56,997 bases of DNA from Burkholderiaceae bacterium (GTDB taxonomy: Bacteria; Pseudomonadota; Gammaproteobacteria; Burkholderiales; Burkholderiaceae_C). Position numbers and translations under genes: made by a program. Position 1 is the stretch's first letter. Every line of letters begins with the position of its first letter. Location: assembly GCA_046594635.1 (NCBI GenBank), contig JBKJRR010000133.1, forward strand, positions 1 to 56,997, given 5' to 3'. The notes beneath the pieces were generated by a model, which was given only the letters and a program-made list of their open reading frames with translations, had not been told where the DNA came from and made no database searches. Of this stretch, positions 38,885-48,501 are shown piece by piece.

Positions 38885-41590
38885 TCAGTCGCTCGCGGGT
38901 CCTTCACCCGGGCGCGACGCGAACTGCAGGTCGAGCTCGATATCGCGGGTGCCATCGGATCGGTCGCTGTTGCTGTCGACGAACCCCAGATCCCGCTGCA
39001 AAGCCAGCATGCGTGCATTTTCGCTCAGTACGGTCGCGACCAGGCGCTGTGTGCCCTGCGTGCGCAAGGTGTGGATCAACTTGTCCATCAACAGCTTGCC
39101 CAGGCCGGAGCCCTTGAGGTCCGACTGCACGATGATGCCGAACTCTGCAGTGATGTTGTCCGGGTCGACCACAGCCCGCACCGTTCCCAATGTGTGTTCC
39201 TGATGATCGGGACCGGTTTCGACTGCGATGAAGGCGATTTCGCGTTCGTAATCGATCTGCGTCAGACGGGCCAACTCGCCCGGTTCGATACTGCGTCGGC
39301 TGTAGAAGACCCGCATGCGAACGTCTTGCGGGTCCAGCTTCGACAGAAACTCCAGATGCTGGGCCTCGTCGCCAGGCCGGATCGGCCGCAGCGTCAGCGC
39401 CCGACCTTGCCAGTTCACGGACTCCACCAGGTGGGCCGGATAGGGCCGGATGGCGAAATGGTCGGCGCCTCCCGGTGTGCCGCTGCGTACGCGGATACGT
39501 GCGTCCAGTGCCATGGCGCCGGACGGGCCCAGCAGCAACGGATTGATATCGAGCTCAACCAGCTGCGGAATATCGGCGAGCAGACACGACACTGCCTCCA
39601 GCACCGCAAACAGGGCATCCTGGTCTGCCGCGGGCACATCGCGGTAGGCGCCCAGCAGCCGCGCAATCCGGGTGGACTGCACCAGCGCACGGGCGAGCGA
39701 CGCGTTCAGCGGAGGCAGCGCGATGGCGCGATCGGCCACCACTTCGACCGAGGTGCCACCGGAGCCGAACAGGATCACCGGACCAAATACCGCGTCGATG
39801 CTGGCGCCGACGATCAATTCGCGGCCATGGGCCATGCGCACCATGGCCTGTACGGTGAATCCCTGCACCCTGGCCTTTGGCTGCTCCCGCGCGACCCGTG
39901 CCAGCATGTCCATGGCCGCCTCCTGCACCGCGTCAGCGTGCGCCAGATCGAGCACGACGCCACCGACGTCGGATTTGTGCGAAATATCATCTGACAGGAT
40001 CTTGAGCACTACCGGAAACCCGATGGAGCGTGCAGCAGCTGCCGCCTCCTGCGGGGAGTTGGACACGACACGGGTCGCAACCACCGGTATGCCGTAGGCA
40101 TCAAGCACCGCCTTGGCTTCTGGCTCACTGAGCATATCGCGCCCTTGTGCCAGCACCTGTTGCACCAGTTGCCGAACCCTTGCAGTATCGGGCGGCGCGG
40201 CTGCGGGCGATGCAGGCGCGGCGGCGGGTGCTTCCAGCAGTTGCGTCTGGTTGCGTCGATAACGCACCAGCATCGAAAAAGCACTGACGGCTTCTTCCGG
40301 CGTGTCGTAACTGGCGATGCCGGCGTCCTGGAAAGTCTGGCGAGCGTCAGCGACTGCGGCCTTGCCAAGCCAGCAAGACAATAGTTGTTGCGAATGGCGT
40401 TGGACCAACGGCACCAGCGCCTGCGCGATATCGACGCTCGGAACAATCGCGGTTGGTGCGTGGATGAACAGGATTGCGCTGTGCTGCGGCGCGTTTTGCA
40501 AAGCCTCAAGCGCCTGCACATAACGCTCGACCGGCGCGTCGCCGATGATGTCGACAGGATTGCCATGCGACCAGTTCCCGGGGAGCACTGCGTCGAGCGC
40601 CTTGAGGGTTTCACTGTCCAGCACGGTCAACTCCATTTCCGCATGTTCTGCTGCGTCTGCCGCCATCACGCCGGCGCCGCCGCCGTTGGTCAGGATGGTC
40701 AGCTGATCGGAGCGGTTGCTGCGAAACCGCGTCAGTGTCTCTGCCGCAAGGAACAACTGCTGCAGGGTGTCCACGCGCAGCATGCCGGCGCGCGCAATGG
40801 CTGCCTCGTAAACCAGATCGGAGCCGGCCAGTGCGCCGGTATGGGATGCAGCGGCCTTCTGGCCTTGGCGGGAACGGCCGGCCTTGACCACGATGACCGG
40901 CTTGTTGCGCGCGGCGGCACGTGCCGCCGACATGAACTTGCGCGGTGCTTCGATGGACTCGATGTACAACAAGATGGCCCGCGTGCGTCCGTCACTGGCC
41001 AGATAGTCCAGCATGTCGCCGAAATCCACGTCGGCATGTTCGCCCAGGGACACGAAATGCGAAAAACCAATGGCGCGTGCACGGGCCCAATCGAGCATGG
41101 CCGTGACCAGCGCGCCAGATTGGGACACGAAGGCCAGCTCGCCCGGCGCTGCCGCCACATGCGCAAAGCTGGCGTTCAGACCACAATGCGGGGAGAGCAG
41201 GCCGATGCAATTGGGACCGAGGATGCGCAGCAACCAGGGTCGCGCCGCGTCAAGCATGGCCTTGCGCTGGGTCTTGTCCAGGCCGGCTGTCAACACGACC
41301 GCAGCGCGGGTACCCCGCTGACCCAGTTCGGCGATCAGGCCAGGCACGGTGGCGGCCGGCGTGCAAATCACTGCCAGGTCAGGGATGCGGGGCAGGTCCG
41401 CCATCGTGACATATACCGGCTCCCCGCCGATGTCCTGGTGGCGGGGGTTGACGGCATACACCGGGCCCTTGAAGCCACCTGCACGCAGATTGGCCCATAC
41501 AGTGGCGCCGACACTGCCAGCACGTTGCGATGCGCCGAATACCGCCACACTGGTGGGCGTGAACATCGGGTCGAGATTGCGAATACTCAT
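38885..41590 (-). CDS. Bifunctional ADP-forming acyl-CoA synthetase-like / GNAT protein (Pat-type lysine acetyltransferase)
   Basis: VAVFGAS, GPNC.G, SQSGA, SHTGALAG, NGGG.G, NPVD, HKSDVGGV, DINP; C-terminal GNAT (RPIRP.D, IDYERE, GSGLG). Confidence 0.92.
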   Translation of the reverse strand: MSIRNLDPMFTPTSVAVFGASQRAGSVGATVWANLRAGGFKGPVYAVNPRHQDIGGEPVYVTMADLPRIPDLAVICTPAATVPGLIAELGQRGTRAAVVLTAGLDKTQRKAMLDAARPWLLRILGPNCIGLLSPHCGLNASFAHVAAAPGELAFVSQSGALVTAMLDWARARAIGFSHFVSLGEHADVDFGDMLDYLASDGRTRAILLYIESIEAPRKFMSAARAAARNKPVIVVKAGRSRQGQKAAASHTGALAGSDLVYEAAIARAGMLRVDTLQQLFLAAETLTRFRSNRSDQLTILTNGGGAGVMAADAAEHAEMELTVLDSETLKALDAVLPGNWSHGNPVDIIGDAPVERYVQALEALQNAPQHSAILFIHAPTAIVPSVDIAQALVPLVQRHSQQLLSCWLGKAAVADARQTFQDAGIASYDTPEEAVSAFSMLVRYRRNQTQLLEAPAAAPASPAAAPPDTARVRQLVQQVLAQGRDMLSEPEAKAVLDAYGIPVVATRVVSNSPQEAAAAARSIGFPVVLKILSDDISHKSDVGGVVLDLAHADAVQEAAMDMLARVAREQPKARVQGFTVQAMVRMAHGRELIVGASIDAVFGPVILFGSGGTSVEVVADRAIALPPLNASLARALVQSTRIARLLGAYRDVPAADQDALFAVLEAVSCLLADIPQLVELDINPLLLGPSGAMALDARIRVRSGTPGGADHFAIRPYPAHLVESVNWQGRALTLRPIRPGDEAQHLEFLSKLDPQDVRMRVFYSRRSIEPGELARLTQIDYEREIAFIAVETGPDHQEHTLGTVRAVVDPDNITAEFGIIVQSDLKGSGLGKLLMDKLIHTLRTQGTQRLVATVLSENARMLALQRDLGFVDSNSDRSDGTRDIELDLQFASRPGEGPASD

Positions 41591-41818
41591 GGTGTCGTGC
41601 CTCAACGATGATTGGCGCAGGGCAGCGGCTGGCCGCGCTCACAGCAGGTGGGACCCATCATACGAAAGCGTGAAAGCGCGGCCGCCAGTAGTGCCTGTGA
41701 ATCGGCCAATTGCTGATTCATGTCATCAAGGCACATGTCACCCAAATACCGAGCGTTCGCCCACACGGGTGCGTCGACCTGTTGCAAAGACACCTGCGCC
41801 GGCGTGCAGCCGGCCCCG

Positions 41819-42358
41819 TCAGATGGCCAGTCGCAATGGACGGCCAAAAACCGAGTTGGCCGCCACCACCACCATGCGCTGACGGGCACCCACGCCCTTG
41901 ACGGCGGGCAGCGCGCTGCCCGCCGGTGCACGCACTGGCATTGTCGAGCGCTGGGGCGCGATCACCGATTCAAGCGTCACGTCGCGCAGCATGTCGAGCA
42001 TGTGGCGCTCAAGGTTGGTGCACCATTCGCCCCCGATACGTTGACCGCCAGGCGGCCGATCGGCAAAGGAACGGTGGCCCTTGCCCTCACTTGGCGAATC
42101 GCCCTCCTCGACAGCGCTAACAATGTCAGCCAACGAAATATCGCAGGCGTCGCGCGCCAGCGTATAACCGCCACCAGGTCCACGCGTGCCGGTGACCAGG
42201 CCCTTGCGACGCAGACGGCCGAACAACAAGTCCAGGTACGACGGAGACACGCTCTGGCGCGCGCTGATGGCCGATAGGGGTACCGGTCCCAGTTCCTGGC
42301 GCAAGGCCAGATCCATCATGGCAGACACGGCCAATCGGCATTTAGGGGGAATGTACAT
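41819..42358 (-). CDS. Rrf2 family regulator (IscR-like, lacking the Cys triad)
   Basis: AVSAMMDLAL, I..RQ..S.SYL..LF..LRR..LV...RGPGGGY.L; AGGAG SD. Confidence 0.88.
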   Translation of the reverse strand: MYIPPKCRLAVSAMMDLALRQELGPVPLSAISARQSVSPSYLDLLFGRLRRKGLVTGTRGPGGGYTLARDACDISLADIVSAVEEGDSPSEGKGHRSFADRPPGGQRIGGEWCTNLERHMLDMLRDVTLESVIAPQRSTMPVRAPAGSALPAVKGVGARQRMVVVAANSVFGRPLRLAI

Positions 42359-42424
42359 GGGGTACTCCTGATGGTCGAAAGCAAATGGGCAAAAGGCAGC
42401 GCATGGGGTATTGGGTGCTGGCGT

Positions 42425-42850
42425 TCAACTGCTGAACTGAGCGTGGGTACGTGGGATGGTCCGGCGCCGGAGCAGTCCGGCAACGGCAATCGGCGGTCGA
42501 TCGTCGCCCATCACTGGCGACAGACCCGAAGTCAGGGACCTTTGACCGAAGTGTGAACGTTCGAGCCGGATGGCGACGCTGCGCGCGGCCCGGTCGCTGC
42601 AACGGTCGATCACGGCGACCAGGTCCGGCCCCAGTTCCTGCACAACGACCTGCGGTGCATCGACCAGCTGAACCCTGATTCGGCACCAGCCGTGCGTCTC
42701 CCGGCTCGGAGTAATTGCGTCATCCACGCGCACTTGTACGCGGGACACGCGGGTTCCGTGGCGCGCCAGGCCGAATCCCAATCGGCGCCTGACATGCTCG
42801 GTCAGTGCTGCAGCCGCCGGGAAACCCCGGCATTGGATGTCGAATTGCAT
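42425..42850 (-). CDS. HPF/RaiA family ribosome-associated protein
   Basis: MQFDIQCRGF...L.EHVRRRL.F.L...V.RV.VR..D......CRI......V......DL...IDR...R..R; AGGAG SD. Confidence 0.8.
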   Translation of the reverse strand: MQFDIQCRGFPAAAALTEHVRRRLGFGLARHGTRVSRVQVRVDDAITPSRETHGWCRIRVQLVDAPQVVVQELGPDLVAVIDRCSDRAARSVAIRLERSHFGQRSLTSGLSPVMGDDRPPIAVAGLLRRRTIPRTHAQFSS

Positions 42851-42914
42851 AGATGCTCCTGGGGTTACGGGCGAAATTGCCATGGGAGCCAGTCTCGGCG
42901 CGTTGAGTGACAAT

Positions 42915-42955
42915 GTAAATTCGAATTATTTGTCTATATTGTTCGATAAATACTG
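42915..42955. promoter_or_regulatory. AT-rich divergent promoter with candidate LysR/NhaR boxes
   Basis: TTCGAATTATTTGTCTATATTGTTCGATAAATACTGA; repeated TTCGA half-sites next to the nhaR start. Confidence 0.45.
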
Positions 42956-43894
42956 ATGATCAACTACAAGCACCTTCTGTATTTCATGCAGGTTGCCAAG
43001 GCTGGCAGCGTAATGCGGGCCAGTGAGCAACTGCATGTGACGCCGCAAACCATCAGCGGGCAGATCCAGTTGCTCGAAGACCGGCTGGGCAGCGCTCTGT
43101 TCAGCAAGAGCGGGCGTGGCCTGGTTTTGACCGAAGCCGGTCGCCTGGCACTGGGTTATGCCCAGGACATCTTCTCACTGGGTGCCGAACTCGAACAGGC
43201 CGTGCACCAGCATCCGACGAATCGACCCGCGCTGGAGTTCCGTATCGGCGTCGCGGACGTTTTGCCCAAGCCGATCGCCTATCGGCTGGTGGAGCCAGCA
43301 ACGCGACTGGAGGAACCGGTGCGCCTGGTCTGTCGCGAGTGGAAGCTCGACAGCCTGCTTGCCGAGCTGGCTTTGCACAGGCTCGATCTGGTGCTGTCCG
43401 ATGCGCCGATTCCCCCGTCCGTCAGCATCAAGGCGTTCAGTCACCAGCTGGGCGCATCGGGACAGAGCTTTTTCGCCAGTGCGCAATTGGCGCAACAGTT
43501 GCCAGGCGTGTTTCCCGCTTGCCTGGATGGCGCTCCGGTGCTGATGCCGGCCGATGATTCGGCGACCGGACAAAAGCTGCGCGACTGGTTCCAGACCCGC
43601 GAAATTCATCCGCATGTGGTGGGTGAGTTCGATGACAGTGCGCTGGCAATGGAGTTCGGCAGCCGCGGAAGCGGCGTTTTTGTCGGCCCGACCGTGCTGG
43701 CGGATGAGATCTGCCGTCAGTTTGGCGTCACGGTGCTGGGTGAGGCGGACGGGATCAGCGTGGAGTATTTTGCAATTTCTGTTGAGCGGCGCATCACCCA
43801 TCCATGTGTGATCGCCATTACACGCAGCGCACGCCAGGCGCTGTTTGCGGGCAGCGGAAAGAGCCGCTCGGCACGCCGAAACACTGTTGGGTAA
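42956..43894 (+). CDS. nhaR: LysR family transcriptional activator NhaR
   Basis: NYKHL.YF, TPQTISGQ, GVAD..PK..AY, LA.H.LD..LSD.P, GEFDDSAL, ERRI.HP. Confidence 0.9.
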   Translation: MINYKHLLYFMQVAKAGSVMRASEQLHVTPQTISGQIQLLEDRLGSALFSKSGRGLVLTEAGRLALGYAQDIFSLGAELEQAVHQHPTNRPALEFRIGVADVLPKPIAYRLVEPATRLEEPVRLVCREWKLDSLLAELALHRLDLVLSDAPIPPSVSIKAFSHQLGASGQSFFASAQLAQQLPGVFPACLDGAPVLMPADDSATGQKLRDWFQTREIHPHVVGEFDDSALAMEFGSRGSGVFVGPTVLADEICRQFGVTVLGEADGISVEYFAISVERRITHPCVIAITRSARQALFAGSGKSRSARRNTVG

Positions 43895-43933
43895 GTGTCG
43901 GCCGCCAGCTTCGCTGGCCAGGCCTGGGGACCG

Positions 43934-44881
43934 TCAGTCGCGATGCAGGGCCCGCGCCAGCATGGCGGCACACAACGTGACGGCCGCGTTCGCCTCATCG
44001 ATGACGCGGCCCATGGTGATGAAGCCGTGGATCTGGCGCTCAAAGCAGACGTGGCTGGCCTGATTACCGGCTTCGCTCAGGCGCTGGCTGTACTGCAGGC
44101 CTTCGTCGCGCAAGGGGTCGTATCCGGCAGTCAGCACGAAGGCCTCGGGCAGTTCGCTCAGGTCGTCTCGCAGCAACGGGGAGGCTCGCCAGTCGGCGTC
44201 AAGAGTCGCGTCGTCAATATAGTGATCGTGGAAATAGGCCATCGTCTCGCGGGTCAGCAGATATCCCTGGCCGTTGGTGGTATGGGACGGTGCCTGCCGC
44301 CGCATGTCCGTGGCCGGATAGATCAGCAGCTGAAACCGCAATGGTGCATCACCGGCATCCCGAGCGGCCAGTGCCACGACCGCGGCCAGGTTGCCGCCGG
44401 CACTGTCGCCGCCGATGGCGATACGCGCCGGGTCCAGACCGAGCCGTTGCGCATGGTCGCGGCACCAGCACGTGGCGGCGATGCAATCGTCGACAGCACA
44501 GGGGAAGCGGAACTCGGGTCCGAGCCGGTAATCCACCGCCAGCACCGCACAGCCGGCCAGATTGGCCAGTTGGCGGCACAGCGTGTCATGGGTGTCGAGG
44601 TCGCCGATGACCCAGCCACCGCCATGGAAGTACACCAATACCGGTAAGGGGCGCGGCGGCTCGGGTGTCGTGATCGGCCGATACAAGCGCAGCGCGATCA
44701 GGCCATGCGGACCGCTGGCCTGCATTTCCTCGACCGACGCCACCTGCGGCGGGTCGGGCTGGGTCACGGCGCGCCGATCGCGGTAGAAGCTGCGGGCGTC
44801 AGCGGGCGACAAAGTATGGGTTGGCGGGATCTGGCGTTGCTCCATCAGATCGAGCAAGGCGCGGGCTTGTGGGTGCAACAT
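43934..44881 (-). CDS. HSL-family esterase/lipase (Aes-like)
   Basis: HGGGW, VDYRL.PE, GDSAGG, DPLRDEG, HGF. Confidence 0.93.
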   Translation of the reverse strand: MLHPQARALLDLMEQRQIPPTHTLSPADARSFYRDRRAVTQPDPPQVASVEEMQASGPHGLIALRLYRPITTPEPPRPLPVLVYFHGGGWVIGDLDTHDTLCRQLANLAGCAVLAVDYRLGPEFRFPCAVDDCIAATCWCRDHAQRLGLDPARIAIGGDSAGGNLAAVVALAARDAGDAPLRFQLLIYPATDMRRQAPSHTTNGQGYLLTRETMAYFHDHYIDDATLDADWRASPLLRDDLSELPEAFVLTAGYDPLRDEGLQYSQRLSEAGNQASHVCFERQIHGFITMGRVIDEANAAVTLCAAMLARALHRD

Positions 44882-45006
44882 GGTTTGATCTCAATCGTGG
44901 GATGGATGACCGGGGAATGTACTGGCGCGCCGAGTTTAGCGTCCGCGGTTTGTCGGCGCGCTCCACGATTTGCTCAGTGTTGCACCAAGCGTTTATGCTC
45001 GCCAGC

Positions 45007-45645
45007 ATGAAGCTTTACAACTATTTCCGATCTTCCGCGTCGTTTCGCGTGCGTATTGCGCTGGGTCTGAAGGGCTTGACTTACGAGTATGTGTCGGTGC
45101 ATCTGGCACGTGGCGAGCACCAGCTGGCGCCGTATGCCGACATCGCCGCCGACGGACTCGTGCCAGTTCTTGAAGTGGGCGATCTTCGGCTGTCGCAGTC
45201 GATGGCCATCATTGAATACCTGGAGGACATGTTTCCGGAGCCGCCAGTGTTGCCGTTGGACCCGGCTGATCGGGCACGGGTGCGCGCGCTGGCGCAAAGT
45301 ATTGCCTGTGAGATTCACCCACTGAACAACCTGCGCGTGCTCAAGTACCTGGTGCGCGAAATCAAGGTCGATGAGGAGGCCAAGACCCGTTGGTATCGCC
45401 ACTGGGTGCGCGAGGGCCTGCTGGCCTTCGAGCGCCAGTTGAACCGGGGCAAGGCTGGCAAGTACTGTTTCGGCGCTACCCCGACGCTGGCCGATTGCTG
45501 CCTGGTGCCACAGATTTTCAATGGTCAGCGTTTTGACTGCGATTTCTCCGGGTTGCCACGCACCATGGCGGCGTTTGAGGCCTGCATGGCACTGGATGCG
45601 TTTGCCCAGGCGCAACCGTCGGCATGCCCGGATTACGCGGCATGA
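45007..45645 (+). CDS. maiA: Maleylacetoacetate isomerase (GST zeta)
   Basis: MKLYNYFRSSAS.RVRIAL.LK, QSMAIIEYL, IHPLNNLRVL, PTLADC.LVPQ. Confidence 0.93.
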   Translation: MKLYNYFRSSASFRVRIALGLKGLTYEYVSVHLARGEHQLAPYADIAADGLVPVLEVGDLRLSQSMAIIEYLEDMFPEPPVLPLDPADRARVRALAQSIACEIHPLNNLRVLKYLVREIKVDEEAKTRWYRHWVREGLLAFERQLNRGKAGKYCFGATPTLADCCLVPQIFNGQRFDCDFSGLPRTMAAFEACMALDAFAQAQPSACPDYAA

Positions 45646-46451
45646 CGCTGCTGCATCCGGACTGGTTGGTGCCGGACTGGCCAGCACCTGCCCGGGTGCG
45701 CGCCGTATTCACGACACGCAATGGCGGAGTGTCCAAGCCACCATTCGACAGCATGAACCTGGGGCGCCCGTCCGGCGACGATGTGGCCGCGGTGGATGTC
45801 AATCGTGGCCGACTGCAGGACGCGCTGGGCTTGCAACCAATCTACCTGAGCCAGGTACATGGTGTGGCATCGGTCGAACTGCGTGAATTTGCTGAACCCG
45901 GCGTGCTGGAGGCCGACGCCTGCACCAGCAGCACGCCCGGGGTGGTTTGCACGATCCGGGTGGCCGACTGTCTGCCGGTGCTGTTTACCGATCGGGACGG
46001 GCGCGTGGTGGGCGCGGCGCACGCCGGTTGGCGGGGTCTGGTCCAGGGGGTTCTGGAGTCGTGCTTCGCACAATATGCAGGCTTGCTCCGGCAAGCGGAT
46101 CGGTCTGTCGATAGCGTTGCCGCAAACACGCTGGCCTGGCTGGGACCGTGCATCGGGCCGCAGGCATTTGAAGTCGGAGCGCAGGTACGCGAAGCTTTCG
46201 TGGCGCACGACGCCGCTGCGTCTGACTGTTTTGTGGCCCAGGGACAGGGTAAATGGTTGGCGGATCTTGCGGCGCTGGCGCGCCAGCGCCTGCAGCGCCT
46301 GGGCATTGCGCATATCCATGGCAATGACAGTGCTGCTGCATGGTGCACCGTGAACAATCCCTCACGGTTCTTCTCGCACCGGCGGGACAACCTCGTGTTG
46401 GGCGGAAGCGGACGCATGGCTGCCTGCATCTGGCTTGACCGTGCCAGTTGA
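45642..46451 (+). CDS. pgeF: Peptidoglycan editing factor PgeF (YfiH)
   Basis: PDWPAP, TTR.GG.S, QVHG, ADCLPVL, HAGWRG, GPCIG, FFSHRR, GRM. Confidence 0.93.
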   Translation: MTLLHPDWLVPDWPAPARVRAVFTTRNGGVSKPPFDSMNLGRPSGDDVAAVDVNRGRLQDALGLQPIYLSQVHGVASVELREFAEPGVLEADACTSSTPGVVCTIRVADCLPVLFTDRDGRVVGAAHAGWRGLVQGVLESCFAQYAGLLRQADRSVDSVAANTLAWLGPCIGPQAFEVGAQVREAFVAHDAAASDCFVAQGQGKWLADLAALARQRLQRLGIAHIHGNDSAAAWCTVNNPSRFFSHRRDNLVLGGSGRMAACIWLDRAS

Positions 46452-46670
46452 GTCGCGATCGGAACCTGACGCGGCGTCGGCCCGTTCACGCGCGCGGTGC
46501 GCCCGCCGGCGTGCAGGGGTGCCGAGCAGGTACATCACCAGTGCCATCGGCAGCAAGCCATACAGCACGAAGGTGATGATCGCGCCGAGCACGGTGCCCT
46601 GGCTGCTGGTGCCCTCGGCAAGGGCCATCATCAGCGTGACATAGATCCAGGCGATAGGAACGAGGTACAT
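46362..46670 (-). CDS. Small membrane protein of unknown function, divergent from phaC
   Basis: MYLVPIAWIYVTLMMA.AE...GA..TF.LYG.LP...V.YL.GTP.RR; two TMs. Confidence 0.7.
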   Translation of the reverse strand: MYLVPIAWIYVTLMMALAEGTSSQGTVLGAIITFVLYGLLPMALVMYLLGTPARRRAHRARERADAASGSDRDSTGTVKPDAGSHASASAQHEVVPPVREEP

Positions 46671-46759
46671 TGGAGGGAAGTTAAAAGGTCCGGATGTCAG
46701 TTTACCGAAGGACACTTCGGTCATACTGGGCTTATCACGAATTGCCACAGCAGGACGAC

Positions 46760-48469
46760 ATGATGAAACAAGATGTGAACGCGTTCTGGAAGCAGTCGGC
46801 CGAGCAGATGCAGCAGACATTGATGAGTCAGTGGACAGGCGCATTGCAGGCCATGCAGAACATGGCGCCTGGCGCAGGCTCCGCGGACAAGCCGCCAGCC
46901 GTGAGTCTGTCTGCGCCGCGTCTGCAGCAATTGCAGCAGCAATACCTGCAGGAAGCCACCGATCTGTGGACCCAATCCCTGCAGGGAAAACCCAATGTCA
47001 GCGACAAGCGGTTCGCCAGCGAAGCCTGGAGCAGCAATCCGGTAGCCGCTTTTTCAGCGGCAAACTATCTGCTCAATGCCCGCACCATGATGGGTATGGT
47101 CGATTCGATAGAAGCCGACGAGAAAACCCGTGCGCGGGTCCGCTTCGCGGTTGAGCAGTGGATCGCAGCCGCTGCCCCGAGCAACTTCATGGCCTTGAAC
47201 GTGGAAGCCCAGAAAAAGGCGATCGAGACCAAGGGTGAAAGTATCGCCAAGGGCATGCAAAACCTGTTGCACGATATGCGCCAGGGCCATGTCTCGATGA
47301 CCGACGAGAGCCTGTTCGAGGTGGGGCGTAATGTGGCGACGACCGAGGGCGCCGTGGTGTTCGAAAACGAGCTATTCCAGCTGATCGAATACAAACCGCT
47401 GACGACCAAGGTGTACACCAAGCCGCTGTTGCTGGTGCCGCCGTGCATCAACAAATACTACATCCTGGATCTGCAGCCGGAGAATTCGCTGATTCGTTAT
47501 GCCGTCGAGCAAGGTCATCGCACCTTCGTCGTCAGCTGGCGCAATCCCGACGCATCCTTGGCGCACAAGACATGGGACGATTACATCGAGGACGCCGCAA
47601 TACGTGCGATCGACGTGGTGCAGGACATTTCAGGCGCCAAGACCATCAATGCGTTGGGCTTCTGTGTCGGTGGCACCATTCTCACGACCGCCATTGCCGT
47701 GCTGGCACAGCGGGGCGAAAAGCCCGTGGCCAGCGCGACCTTGCTGACCACATTGCTTGATTTCACCGATACCGGCGTGCTCGACGTGTTCATCGACGAG
47801 TCGTTCGTCAAGTACCGTGAGATGGAAATGGGCAAGGGTGGCCTGATGAAAGGTCAGGACCTGGCCTCGACCTTCTCGTTCCTGCGCCCGACGGACCTGG
47901 TCTGGAACTATGTCGTCGGCAATTACCTCAAGGGCGAGACGCCACCGCCATTCGACCTGCTTTACTGGAACAGCGATTCGACCAACCTGCCCGGGCCGTT
48001 TTACGCCTGGTACCTGCGCAACACCTATCTTGAGAACCGGCTGGTCAAGCCCGGCAAGGCTTCGGTTTGTGGCGTCAAGATCGACCTGCGCAAGCTTGAT
48101 CTCCCGGTTTATGTGTACGGCTCGCGCGAGGATCACATCGTGCCGATTGGTGGTGCCTATGCGTCAACGCAGCACCTACCGGGAAAGACGCGTTTTGTCA
48201 TGGGTGCGTCCGGACATATCGCCGGCGTCATCAATGCACCGGTCAAGAACAAGCGCAGTTACTGGACGGGCGCTGCAGACAAGTTTCCGGTCAACGTTGA
48301 AGACTGGATCTCGGGTGCCAATGAGCACCCGGGCAGCTGGTGGACGGATTGGGCCGCCTGGCTCAAGAACCAGGCCGGCAAGCCGATCCCGGCGCCGAAG
48401 TCCTTCGGCCGTGGAAAATACAAGGTGATCGAGGCTGCGCCCGGTCGATATGTCAAGGCCAAGGCCTGA
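46760..48469 (+). CDS. phaC: Class I PHA synthase
   Basis: DKRF...W, PPCINKYYILDL, lipase box GFCVGG, LYWN.D, EDHI, SGHIAG, GSWW. Confidence 0.97.
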   Translation: MMKQDVNAFWKQSAEQMQQTLMSQWTGALQAMQNMAPGAGSADKPPAVSLSAPRLQQLQQQYLQEATDLWTQSLQGKPNVSDKRFASEAWSSNPVAAFSAANYLLNARTMMGMVDSIEADEKTRARVRFAVEQWIAAAAPSNFMALNVEAQKKAIETKGESIAKGMQNLLHDMRQGHVSMTDESLFEVGRNVATTEGAVVFENELFQLIEYKPLTTKVYTKPLLLVPPCINKYYILDLQPENSLIRYAVEQGHRTFVVSWRNPDASLAHKTWDDYIEDAAIRAIDVVQDISGAKTINALGFCVGGTILTTAIAVLAQRGEKPVASATLLTTLLDFTDTGVLDVFIDESFVKYREMEMGKGGLMKGQDLASTFSFLRPTDLVWNYVVGNYLKGETPPPFDLLYWNSDSTNLPGPFYAWYLRNTYLENRLVKPGKASVCGVKIDLRKLDLPVYVYGSREDHIVPIGGAYASTQHLPGKTRFVMGASGHIAGVINAPVKNKRSYWTGAADKFPVNVEDWISGANEHPGSWWTDWAAWLKNQAGKPIPAPKSFGRGKYKVIEAAPGRYVKAKA

Positions 48470-48501
48470 TACCGAATCAGAAACCAAAACAGGAGAACCT
48501 C

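Noticed and set aside
41602-41818. Minus-strand ORF and TTGAT-like motif upstream of the Pat gene
   Set aside because: ORF overlaps the Rrf2 gene and lacks motifs; the spacing does not fit an FNR box (TTGAT-N4-ATCAA).
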